The notes under the pieces: generated by a model
The model's input: only the letters and a program-made list of their open reading frames with translations
Databases searched by the model: none
Told to the model about the DNA's origin: nothing
Source: Pristiophorus japonicus
Taxonomy: Eukaryota
Assembly (NCBI RefSeq): GCF_044704955.1
Contig: NC_092003.1
Location: 4,092,001 to 4,156,000 of the forward strand
Length of the DNA: 64,000 nucleotides
Direction: 5' to 3'
Part shown: positions 25,301 through 37,735 of the stretch, piece after piece
Layout: each line of letters starts with the position of its first letter
Numbering within the stretch: position 1 is the stretch's first letter
Made by a program: the position numbers and the translations under genes

Positions 25301-28300
25301 TGGTGCTCTCCACTCTCCCATCCTGTGACAGTTGAAACTGGTGCTCTCCACTCTCCCGTCCTGTGACAGTGGGAACTGGTGCTCTCCACTCTCTCTCCTG
25401 TGACAGTGGGAACTGGTGCTCTCCACTCTCTCTCCTGTGACAGTTTGAACTGGTGCTCTCCACTCTCCGTCCTGTAACAGTTTGAACTGGTGCTCTCCAC
25501 TCTCTCTCCTGTGACAGTGGGAACTGGTGCTCTCCATTCACCTGTCCTGTGACAGTTTGAACTGGTGCTCTCCACTCTCCCGTCCTGTGACAGTTTGAAC
25601 TGGTGCTCTCCACTCTCCCGTCCTGTGACAGTGGGAACTGGTGCTCTCCAGTCTCTCTCCTGTGACAGCTGTACTTGTGCTCTCCACTCTCTGTCCTGTG
25701 ACAGTGGGAACTGGTGCTCTCCACTCTCTGTCCTGTGACAGTGGGAACTGGTGCTCTCCACTCTCTGTCCTGTGACAGTTGGAACTGGTGCTCTCCACTC
25801 TCCCGTCCTGTGACAGTGGGAACTGGTGCTCTCCACTCTCCCGTCCTGCGACAGTGGGAACTGGTGCTCTCGACTCTCTGTCCTGTGACAGTGGGAACTG
25901 GTGCTCTCCACTCTCCCGTCCTGTGACAGTTTGAACTGGTGCTCTCCACTCTCCCGTCCTGTGACAGTTTGAACTGGTGCTCTCCACTCTCTGTCCTGCG
26001 ACAGTCTGAACTTATGCTCTCCACTCTCTCTCCTGTGACAGTGGGAACTGGTGCTCTCCATTCTCCCGTCCTGTGACAGTTTGAACTGGTGCTCTCCACT
26101 CTCCCGTCCTGTGACAGTGGGAACTGGTGCTCTCCACTCTCTGTCCTGTGACAGTGGGAACTGGTGCTCTCCACTCTCTGTCCTGTGACAGTGGGAACTC
26201 GTGCTCTCCACTCTCTTTCCTGTGACAGTTGGAACTGGTGCTCTCCACTCTCTCTCCTGTGACAGTGGGAACTGGTGCTCTCCACTCTCTCTCCTGTGAC
26301 AGTGGGAACTGGTGCGCTCCACTCTCCCGTCCGGCGACAGTGGTAACTGGTGCTCTCCACTCTCTGTCCTGTGACAGTGGGAACTGGTGCTCTCCACTCT
26401 CCCGTCCTGTGACAGTGGGAACTGGTGCTCTCCATTCTTCCGTCCTGTGACAGTTGGAACTGGTGCTCTCCACTCTCTGTCCTGTGACAGTGGGAACTGG
26501 TGCTCTCCACTCTCCCATCATGCGACAGTGGGAACTGGTGCTGTCCACTCTCTTATCTGTGACAGTGGGAACTGGTGCTCTCCACTCTCCCATCCTGTGA
26601 CAGTGGGAACTGGTGCTGTCCACTCTCTGTCCTGCGACAGTGGGAATTGGTGCTCTCCACTCTCCCGTCCTGTGACAGTGGGAACTGGTGCTCTCCACTC
26701 TCTCTCCTGCGACAGTGGGAACTGGTGCTCTCCACTCTCTGTCCTGTGACAGTGGGAACTGGTGCTCTCCACTCTCTGTCCTGTGACAGTTTGAACTGGT
26801 GCTCTCCACTCTCTGTCCTGTGACAGTGGGAACTGGTGTTCTCTACTCTCCCGTCCTGTGACAGTGGGAACTGGTGCTCTCCACTCTCTCTCCTGTGGCA
26901 GTTTGAACTGGTGCTCTCCACTTTCCCGTCCTGTGACAGTGAGAACTGGTGGTCTCTACTCTCCCGTCCTGTGACAGTGGGAACTGGTGCTCTCCACTCT
27001 CTCTCCTGTGACAGTGGGAACTGGTGCTCTCCACTCTCTCTCTTGTGACAGTGGGAATTGGTGCTCTCCACTCTCCCGTCCTGTGACAGTTGAAACTGGT
27101 GCTCTCCACTCTCCCATCCTGTGACAGTGGGAACTGGTGCTCTCCACTCTCCCGTCCTGTGACAGTTGAAACTGGTGCTCTCCACTCTCCCGTCCTGTGA
27201 CAGTGGGAACTGGTGCTCTCCACTCTCTCTCCTGTGACAGTTTGAACTGGTGCTCTCCACTCTCCCGTTCTGTGACAGTGGGAACTGGTGCTCTCCACTC
27301 TCTCTCCTGTGACAGTGGGAACTGGTGCTCTCCACTCTCTCTCCTGTGACAGTTTGAACTGGTGCTCTCCACTCTCCCGTCCTGTGACAGTTGAAACTGG
27401 TGCTCTCCACTCTCCCGTCCTGTAACAGTGGGAACTGGTGCTCTCCACTCTCTGTCCTGTGACAGTTTGAACTGGTGCTCTCCACTCTCTCTCCTGTGAC
27501 AGTTTGAACTGGTGCTCTCCATTCTCTGTCCTGTGACAGTGGGAACTGGTGCTCTCCACTCTCTCTCCTGTGACAGTGGGAACTGGTGCTCTCCACTCTC
27601 TGTCCTGTGACAGTTGGAACTGGTACTCTCCACTCTCTCTCCTGTGACAGTTTGAACTGGTGCTCTCCACTCTCCCGTGCTGTGACAGTTTGAACTGGTG
27701 CTCTCCACTCTCCCGTCCTGTGACAATGGGAACTGGTGCTCTCCACTCTCTGTCCTGTGACAGTGGGAACTGGTGCTCTCCACTCTCTGTCCTGTGACAG
27801 TTGGAACTGGTGCCCTCCACTCTCCTGTCCTGTGACAGTTGTAACTGGTGCTCTCCACTCTCTGTCCTGTGACAGTGGGAACTGGTGCTCTCCACTCTCT
27901 GTCCTGTGACAGTTTGAACTGGTGCTCTCCACTCTCCCATCCTGTGACAGTGGGAACTGGTGCTCTCCACTCTCTGTCCTGTGACAGTGGGAACTGGTGC
28001 TCTCCACTCTCCCATCCTGTGACAGTGGGAACTGGTGCTCTCCACTCTCTGTCCTGTGACAGTTGGAACTGGTGCTCTCCACTCTCTGTCCTGTGACAGT
28101 GGGAACTGGTGCTCTCCACTCTCTGTCCTGTGACAGTGGGAACTGATGCTCTCCACTCTCCTGTCCTGTGACAGTTTGAACTGATGCTCTCCACTCTCTG
28201 TCCTGTGACAGTGGGAACTGGTGCTCTCCACTCTCCCGTCTTGTGACAGTTTGAACTGGTGCTCTCCACTCTCTGTCCTGCGACAGTCTGAACTGATGCT

Positions 28301-31300
28301 CTCCACTCTCCTGTCCTGTGACAGTTTGAACTGATGCTCTCCACTCTCTGTCCTGTGACAATGGGAACTGGTGCTCTCCACTCTCTCTCCTGTGACAGTT
28401 TGAACTGGTGCTCTCCACTCTCCCATCCTGTGACAGTTGAAACTGGTGCTCTCCACTCTCCCGTCCTGTGACAGTGGAAACTGGTGCTCTCCACTCTCTG
28501 TCCTGTGACAGTTTGAACTGGTGCTCTCCACTCTCCCATCCTGTGACAGTGGGAACTGGTGCTCTCCACTCTTTGTCCTGTGACAGTGGGAACTGGTGCT
28601 CTCCACTCTCCCATCCTGTGACAGTGGGAATTGGTGCTCTCCACTCTCTGTCCTGAGACAGTTGGAACTGGTGCTCTCCACTCTCCCGTCCTGTGACATT
28701 GGGAACTGGTGCTCTCCACTCTCCCGTCCTGCGACAGTGGGAACTGGTGCTCTCCACTCTCTGTCCTGTGACAGTGGGAACTGGTGCTCTCCACTCTCCC
28801 GTCCTGTGACAGTGGGAACTGGTGCTCTCCACTCTCTGTCCTGTGACAGTGGGAACTGGTGCTCTCCACTCTCTCTCCTGTGACAGTTTGAACTGGTACT
28901 CTCCACTCTCTCTCCTGTGACAGTGGGAACTGGTGCTCTCCACTCTCCCGTCCTGTGACAGTGGGAACTGGTGCTCTCCACTCTCTCTCCTGTGGCAGTT
29001 TGAACTGGTGCTCTCCACTTTCCCGTCCTGTGACAGTGGGAACTGGTGCTCTCTACTCTCCCGTCCTGTGACAGTGGGAACTGGTGCTCTGCACTCTCTC
29101 TCCTGTGACAGTGGGAACTGGTGCTCTCCACTCTCTCTCTTGTGACAGTGGGAATTGGTGCTCTCCACTCTCCCGTCCTGTGACAGTTGAAACTGGTGCT
29201 CTCCACTCTCCCATCCTGTGACAGTGGGAACTGGTGCTCTCCACTCTCCCGTCCTGTGACAGTTGAAACTGGTGCTCTCCACTCTCCCGTCCTGCGACAG
29301 TGGGAACTGGTGCTCTCCACTCTCTGTCCTGTGACAGTGGGAACTGGTGCTCTCCACTCTGTCTCCTGTGACAGTAGGAACTCGTGCTCTCCACTCTCCC
29401 GTCCTGTGACAGTGGGAACTGGTGCTCTCCACTCTCTGTCCTGTGACAGTGGGAACTGGTGCTCTCCACTCTCTGTCCTGTGACAGTTTGAACTGGTGCT
29501 CTCCACTCTCTGTCCTGTGACAGTGGGAACTGGTGCTCTCTACTCTCCCGTCCTGTGACAGTGGGAACTGGTGCTCTCCACTCTCTCTCCTGTGGCAGTT
29601 TGAACTGGTGCTCTCCACTTTCCCGTCCTGTGACAGTGGGAACTGGTGCTCTCTACTCTCCCGTCCTGTGACAGTGGGAACTGGTGCTCTCCACTCTCTC
29701 TCCTGTGACAGTGGGAACTGGTGCTCTCCACTCTCTCTCTTGTGACAGTGGGAATTGGTGCTCTCCACTCTCCCGTCCTGTGACAGTTGAAACTGGTGCT
29801 CTCCACTCTCCCATCCTGTGACAGTGGGAACTGGTGCTCTCCACTCTCCCGTCCTGTGACAGTTGAAACTGGTGCTCTCCACTCTCCCGTCCTGTGACAG
29901 TGGGAACTGGTGCTCTCCACTCTCTCTCCTGTGACAGTTTGAACTGGTGCTCTCCACTCTCCCGTCCTGTGACAGTGGGAACTGGTGCTCTCCACTCTCT
30001 CTCCTGTGACAGTGGGAACTGGTGCTCTCCACTTTCTCTCCTGTGACAGTTTGAACTGGTGCTCTCCACTCTCCCGTCCTGTGACAGTTGAAACTGGTGC
30101 TCTCCACTCTCTGTCCTGTGACAGTTTGAACTGGTGCGCTCCACTCTCCCGTGCTGTGACAGTTTGAACTGGTGCTCTCCACTCTCCCGTCCTGTGACAG
30201 TGGGAACTGGTGCTCTCCACTCTCTCTCCTGTGACAGTGGGAACTGGTGCTCTCCACTTTCTCTCCTGTGACAGTTTGAACTGGTGCTCTCCACTCTCCC
30301 GTCCTGTGACAGTTGAAACTGGTGCTCTCCACTCACTGTCCTGTGACAGTTTGAACTGGTGCGCTCCACTCTCCCGTGCTGTGACAGTTTGAACTGGTGC
30401 TCTCCACTCTCCCGTCCTGTGACAGTGGGAACTGGTGCTCTCCACTCTCTGTCCTGTGACAGTTTGAACTGGTGCTCTCCACTCTCTGTCCTGTGACAGT
30501 TGGAACTGGTGCTCTCCACTCTCTGTCCTGTGACAATTGTAACTGGTGCTCTCCACTCTCTGTCCTGTGACAGTGGGAACTGGTGCTCTCCACTCTCTGT
30601 CCTGTGACAGTGGGAACTGGTGCTCTCCACTCGCTGTCCTGTGACAGTGGGAACTGTTGCTCTCCACTCTCCTGTCCTGTGACAGTTTGAACTGATGCTC
30701 TCCACTCTCTGTCCTGTGACAGTGGGAACTGGTGCTCTCCACTCTCTGTCCTGCGACAGTCTGAACTGATGCTCTCCACTCTCTCTCCTGTGACAGTGGG
30801 AACTGGTGCTCTCCATTCACTTGTCCTGTGACAGTTTGAACTGGTGCTCTCCACTCTCCCGTCCTGTGACAGTTTGAACTGGTGCTCTCCACTCTCCCGT
30901 CCTGTGACAGTGGGTACTGGTGCTCTCCAGTCTCTCTCCTGTGACAGCTGTACTTGTGCTCTCCACTCTCTGTCCTGTGACAGTGGGAACTGGTGCTCTC
31001 CACTCTCTGTCCTGTGACAGTGGGAACTGGTGCTCTCCACTCTCTGTCCTGTGACAGTTGGAACTGGTGCTCTCCACTCTCCCGTCCTGCGACAGTGGGA
31101 ACTGGTGCTCTCCACTCTCTGTCCTGTGACAGTGGGAACTGGTGCTCTCCACTCTCCCGTCCTGTGACAGTGGGAACTGGTGCTCTCCACTCTCTGTCCT
31201 GTGACAGTGGGAACTGGTGCTCTCCACTCTCTCTCCTGTGACAGTTTGAACTGGTACTCTCCACTCTCTCTCCTGTGACAGTGGGAACTGGTGCTCTCCA

Positions 31301-34300
31301 CTCTCCCGTCCTGCGACAGTGGGAACTGGTGCTCTCCACTCTCTGTCCTGTGACAGTGGGAACTGGTGCTCTCCACTCTGTCTCCTGTGACAGTAGGAAC
31401 TCGTGCTCTCCACTCTCCCGTCCTGTGACAGTGGGAACTGGTGCTCTCCACTCTCTGTCCTGTGACAGTGGGAACTGGTGCTCTCCACTCTCTGTCCTGT
31501 GACAGTTTGAACTGGTGCTCTCCACTCTCTGTCCTGTGACAGTGGGAACTGGTGCTCTCCACTCTGTCTCCTGTGACAGTAGGAACTCGTGCTCTCCACT
31601 CTCCCGTCCTGTGACAGTGGGAACTGGTGCTCTCTACTCTCCCGTCCTGTGACAGTGGGAACTGGTGCTCTCCACTCTCTCTCCTGTGGCAGTTTGAACT
31701 GGTGCTCTCCACTTTCCCGTCCTGTGACAGTGGGAACTGGTGCTCTCTACTCTCCCGTCCTGTGATAGTGGGAACTGGTGCTCTCCACTCTCTCTCCTGT
31801 GACAGTGGGAACTGGTGCTCTCCACTCTCTCTCTTGTGACAGTGGGAATTGGTGCTCTCCACTCTCCCGTCCTGTGACAGTTGAAACTGGTGCTCTCCAC
31901 TCTCCCATCCTGTGACAGTGGGAACTGGTGCTCTCCACTCTCCCGTCCTGTGACAGTTGAAACTGGTGCTCTCCACTCTCCCGTCCTGCGACAGTGGGAA
32001 CTGGTGCTCTCCACTCTCTGTCCTGTGACAGTGGGAACTGGTGCTCTCCACTCTGTCTCCTGTGACAGTAGGAACTCGTGCTCTCCACTCTCCCGTCCTG
32101 TGACAGTGGGAACTGGTGCTCTCCACTCTCTGTCCTGTGACAGTGGGAACTGGTGCTCTCCACTCTCTGTCCTGTGACAGTTTGAACTGGTGCTCTCCAC
32201 TCTCTGTCCTGTGACAGTGGGAACTGGTGCTCTCTACTCTCCCGTCCTGTGACAGTGGGAACTGGTGCTCTCCACTCTCTCTCCTGTGGCAGTTTGAACT
32301 GGTGCTCTCCACTTTCCCGTCCTGTGACAGTGGGAACTGGTGCTCTCTACTCTCCCGTCCTGTGACAGTGGGAACTGGTGCTCTCCACTCTCTCTCCTGT
32401 GACAGTGGGAACTGGTGCTCTCCACTTTCTCTCCTGTGACAGTTTGAACTGGTGCTCTCCACTCTCCCGTCCTGTGACAGTTGAAACTGGTGCTCTCCAC
32501 TCTCCCGTCCTGTGACAGTGGGAACTGGTGCTCTCCACTCTCTGTCCTGTGACAGTTTGAACTGGTGCTCTCTACTCTCTCTCCTGTGACAGTTTGAACT
32601 GGTGCGCTCCACTCTCCCGTGCTGTGACAGTTTGAACTGGTGCTCTCCACTCTCCCGTCCTGTGACAGTGGGAACTGGTGCTCTCCACTCTCTGTCCTGT
32701 GACAGTTTGAACTGGTGCTCTCCACTCTCTGTCCTGTGACAGTTGGAACTGGTGCTCTCCACTCTCTGTCCTGTGACAATTGTAACTGGTGCTCTCCACT
32801 CTCTGTCCTGTGACAGTGGGAACTGGTGCTCTCCACTCTCTGTCCTGTGACAGTGGGAACTGGTGCTCTCCACTCGCTGTCCTCTGACAGTGGGAACTGA
32901 TGCTCTCCACTCTCCTGTCCTGTGACAGTTTGAACTGATGCTCTCCACTCTCTGTCCTGTGACAGTGGGAACTGGTGCTCTCCACTCTCTGTCCTGCGAC
33001 AGTCTGAACTGATGCTCTCCACTCTCTCTCCTGTGACAGTGGGAACTGGTGCTCTCCATTCACCTGTCCTGTGACAGTTTGAACTGGTGCTCTCCACTCT
33101 CCCGTCCTGTGACAGTTTGAACTGGTGCTCTCCACTCTCCCGTCCTGTGACAGTGGGAACTGGTGCTCTCCAGTCTCTCTCCTGTGACAGCTGTACTTGT
33201 GCTCTCCACTCTCTGTCCTGTGACAGTGGGAACTGGTGCTCTCCACTCTCTGTCCTGTGACAGTGGGAACTGGTGCTCTCCACTCTCTGTCCTGTGACAG
33301 TTAGAACTGGTGCTCTCCACTCTCCCGTCCTGTGACAGTTTGAACTGGTGCTCTCCACTCTCTCTCCTGTGACAGTGGGAACTGGTGCTCTCCATTCTCC
33401 CGTCCTGTGACAGTTTGAACTGGTGCTCTCCACTCTCCCGTCCTGTGACAGTTTGAACTGGTGCTCTCCACTCTCCCGTGCTGTGACAGTTTGAACTGGT
33501 GCTCTCCACTCTCCCGTCCTGTGACAGTGGGAACTGGTGCTCTCCACTCTCTGTCCTGTGACAGTGGGAACTGGTGCTCTCCACTCTCTCTCCTGTGACA
33601 GTTTGAACTGGTACTCTCCACTCTCTCTCCTGTGACAGTGGGAACTGGTGCTCTCCACCCTCCCGTCCTGCGACAGTGGGAACTGGTGCTCTCCACTCTC
33701 TGTCCTGTGACAGTGGGAACTGGTGCTCTCCACTCTGTCTCCTGTGACAGTAGGAACTCGTGCTCTCCACTCTCCCGTCCTGTGACAGTGGGAACTGGTG
33801 CTCTCCACTCTCTGTCCTGTGACAGTGGGAACTGGTGCTCTCCACTCTCTGTCCTGTGACAGTTTGAACTGGTGCTCTCCACTCTCTGTCCTGTGACAGT
33901 GGGAACTGGTGCTCTCTACTCTCCCGTCCTGTGACAGTGGGAACTGGTGCTCTCCACTCTCTCTCCTGTGGCAGTTTGAACTGGTGCTCTCCACTTTCCC
34001 GTCCTGTGACAGTGGGAACTGGTGCTCTCTACTCTCCCGTCCTGTGACAGTGGGAACTGGTGCTCTCCACTCTCTCTCCTGTGACAGTGGGAACTGGTGC
34101 TCTCCACTCTCTCTCTTGTGACAGTGGGAATTGGTGCTCTCCATTCTCCCGTCCTGTGACAGTTGAAACTGGTGCTCTCCACTCTCCCATCCTGTGACAG
34201 TGGGAACTGGTGCTCTCCACTCTCCCGTCCTGTGACAGTTGAAACTGGTGCTCTCCACTCTCCCGTCCTGCGACAGTGGGAACTGGTGCTCTCCACTCTC

Positions 34301-37300
34301 TGTCCTGTGACAGTGGGAACTGGTGCTCTCCACTCTCTGTCCTGTGACAGTTTGAACTGGTGCTCTCCACTCTCTGTCCTGTGACAGTGGGAACTGGTGC
34401 TCTCTACTCTCCCGTCCTGTGACAGTGGGAACTGGTGCTCTCCACTCTCTCTCCTGTGGCAGTTTGAACTGGTGCTCTCCACTTTCCCGTCCTGTGACAG
34501 TGGGAACTGGTGCTCTCTACTCTCCCGTCCTGTGACAGTGGGAACTGGTGCTCTCCACTCTCTCTCCTGTGACAGTGGGAACTGGTGCTCTCCACTTTCT
34601 CTCCTGTGACAGTTTGAACTGGTGCTCTCCACTCTCCCGTCCTGTGACAGTTGAAACTGGTGCTCTCCACTCTCTGTCCTGTGACAGTTTGAACTGGTGC
34701 TCTCTACTCTCTCTCCTGTGACAGTTTGAACTGGTGCGCTCCACTCTCCCGTGCTGTGACAGTTTGAACTGGTGCTCTCCACTCTCCCGTCCTGTGACAG
34801 TGGGAACTGGTGCTCTCCACTCTCTGTCCTGTGACAGTTTGAACTGGTGCTCTCCACTCTCTGTCCTGTGACAGTTGGAACTGGTGCTCTCCACTCTCTG
34901 TCCTGTGACAATTGTAACTGGTGCTCTCCACTCTCTGTCCTGTGACAGTGGGAACTGGTGCTCTCCACTCTCTGTCCTGTGACAGTGGGAACTGGTGCTC
35001 TCCACTCGCTGTCCTCTGACAGTGGGAACTGATGCTCTCCACTCTCCTGTCCTGTGACAGTTTGAACTGATGCTCTCCACTCTCTGTCCTGTGACAGTGG
35101 GAACTGGTGCTCTCCACTCTCTGTCCTGCGACAGTCTGAACTGATGCTCTCCACTCTCTCTCCTGTGACAGTGGGAACTGGTGCTCTCCATTCACCTGTC
35201 CTGTGACAGTTTGAACTGGTGCTCTCCACTCTCCCGTCCTGTGACAGTTTGAACTGGTGCTCTCCACTCTCCCGTCCTGTGACAGTGGGAACTGGTGCTC
35301 TCCAGTCTCTCTCCTGTGCCAGCTGTACTTGTGCTCTCCACTCTCTGTCCTGTGACAGTGGGAACTGGTGCTCTCCACTCTCTGTCCTGTGACAGTGGGA
35401 ACTGGTGCTCTCCACTCTCTGTCCTGTGACAGTTAGAACTGGTGCTCTCCACTCTCCCGTCCTGTGACAGTTTGAACTGGTGCTCTCCACTCTCTGTCCT
35501 GCGACAGTCTGAACTTATGCTCTCCACTCTCTCTCCTGTGACAGTGGGAACTGGTGCTCTCCATTCTCCCGTCCTGTGACAGTTTGAACTGGTGCTCTCC
35601 ACTCTCCCGTCCTGTGACAGTTTGAACTGGTGCTCTCCACTCTCCCGTGCTGTGACAGTTTGAACTGGTGCTCTCCAGTCTCCCGTCCTGTGACAGTGGG
35701 AACTGGTGCTCTCCACTCTCTGTCCTGTGACAGTGGGAACTGGTGCTCTCCACTCTCTGTCCTGTGACAGTGGGAACTCGTGCTCTCCACTCTCTTTCCT
35801 GTGACAGTTGGAACTGGTGCTCTCCACTCTCTCTCCTGTGACAGTGGGAACTGGTGCTCTCCACTCTCTCTCCTGTGACAGTGGGAACATGTGCTCTCCA
35901 TTCTCCCGTCCTGTGACAGTGGGAACTGGTGCTCTCCACTGTCTGTCCTGTGACAGTGGGAACTGGTGCTCTCCATTCTTCCGTCCTGTGACAGTTGGAA
36001 CTGGTGCTCTCCACTCTCTGTCCTGTGACAGTGGGAACTGGTGCTCTCCACTCTCCCATCCTGCGACAGTGGGAACTGGTGCTGTCCACTCTCTTATCTG
36101 TGACAGTGGGAACTGGTGCTCTCCACTCTCCCATCCTGTGACAATGGGAACTGGTGCTGTCCACTCTCTGTCCTGCGACAGTGGGAATTGGTGCTCTCCA
36201 CTCTCCCGTCCTGTGACAGTGGGAACTGGTGCTCTCCACTCTCTCTCCTGTGACAGTGGGAACTGGTGCTCTCCACTCTCCCGTCCTGCGACAGTGGGAA
36301 CTGGTGCTCTCCACTCTCTGTCCTGTGACAGTTTGAACTGGTGCTCTCCACTCTCCCATCCTGTGACAGTGGGAACTGGTGCTCTCCACTCTCCCATCCT
36401 GCGACAGTGGGAACTGGTGCTCTCCACTCTCTGTCCTGTGACAGTGGGAACTGGTGCTCTCCACTCTCCCATCCTGTGACAGTGGGAACTGGTGCTCTCC
36501 ACTCTCTGTCCTGTGACAGTTGGAACTGGTGCTCTCCACTCTCCCGTCCTGTGACAGTGGGAACTGGTGCTCTCCACTCTCCCGTCCTGTGACAGTGGGA
36601 ACTGGTGCTCTCCACTCTCCCGTCCTGTGACAGTGTAAACTGATGCTCTCCACTCTCTGTCCTGTGACAGTTTGAACTGGTGCTCTCCACTCTCCCATCC
36701 TGTGACAGTGGGAACTGGTGCTCTCCACTCTCCCATCCTGCGACAGTGGGAACTGGTGCTCTCCACTCTCTGTCCTGTGACAGTGGGAACTGGTGCTCTC
36801 CACTCTCCCATCCTGTGACAGTGGGAACTGGTGCTCTCCACTCTCTGTCCTGTGACAGTTGGAACTGGTGCTCTCCAATCTCCCGTCCTGTGACAGTGGG
36901 AACTGGTGCTCTCCACTCTCCCATCCTGTGACAGTGGGAACTGGTGCTCTCCACTCTCTGTCCTGTGACAGTGGGAACTGGTGCTCTCCACTCTCCCGTC
37001 CTGTGACAGTGGGAACTGGTGCTCTCCACTCTCTGTCCTGTGACAGTGGGAACTGGTGCTCTCCACTCTCTCTCCTGTGACAGTTTGAACTGGTGCTCTC
37101 CACTCTCTGTCCTGTGACAGTGGGAACTGGTGCTCTCCACTCTCCCATCCTGTGACAGTGGGAACTGGTGGTCTCCACTCTCTGTCCTGTGACAGTTGGA
37201 ACTGGTGCTCTCCACTCTCCCGTCCTGTGACAGTGGGAACTGGTGCTCTCCACTCTCCCGTCCTGCGACAGTGGGAACTGGTGCTCTCCACTCTCTGTCC

Positions 37301-37735
37301 TGTGACAGTGGGAACTGGTGCTCTCCACTCTCCCATCCTGTGACAGTGGGAACTGGTGCTCTCCACTCTCTGTCCTGTGACAGTGGGAACTGGTGCTCTC
37401 CACTCTCTCTCCTGTGACAGTTTGAACTGGTGCTCTCCACTCTCTGTCCTGTGACAGTGGGAACTGGTGCTCTCCACTCTCTGTCCTGTGACAATTTGAA
37501 CTGGTGCTCTCCACTCTCTGTCCTGTGACAGTGGGAACTGGTGCTCTCTACTCTCCCGTCCTGTGACAGTGGGAACTGGTGCTCTCCACTCTCTCTCCTG
37601 TGGCAGTTTGAACTGGTGCTCTCCACTCTACCGTCCTGTGACAGTGGGAACTGGTGCTCTCTGCTCTCCCGTCCTGTGACAGTGGGAACTGGTGCTCTCC
37701 ACTCTCTCTCCTGTGGCAGTTTGAACTGGTTCTCT
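16320..37735. repeat. Giant minisatellite, 37/38-bp unit, roughly 570 copies
   Basis: Consensus ctctccactctctgtcctgtgacagtgggaactggtg repeated without interruption for ~21.4 kb; copy number is length divided by unit size. Confidence 0.99.

Noticed and set aside
16241-37626. Many long minus-strand ORFs (up to 1259 aa) of periodic ESTSSHCHRTESGEHQFPLSQDREWRAPVPTVTG peptide
   Set aside because: The consensus unit has no stop on that strand, and 37/38-bp units cycle through all three frames, so all frames give the same peptide; no unique coding flanks or codon-phase constraint
16320-37735. CRISPR array (repeat length is similar)
   Set aside because: Units are head-to-tail with no unique spacers, no cas genes, and the context is a vertebrate genome
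16320-37735. RAG recombination signal heptamers (gacagtg resembles CACAGTG)
   Set aside because: The essential CAC is missing and there is no nonamer at 12 or 23 bp
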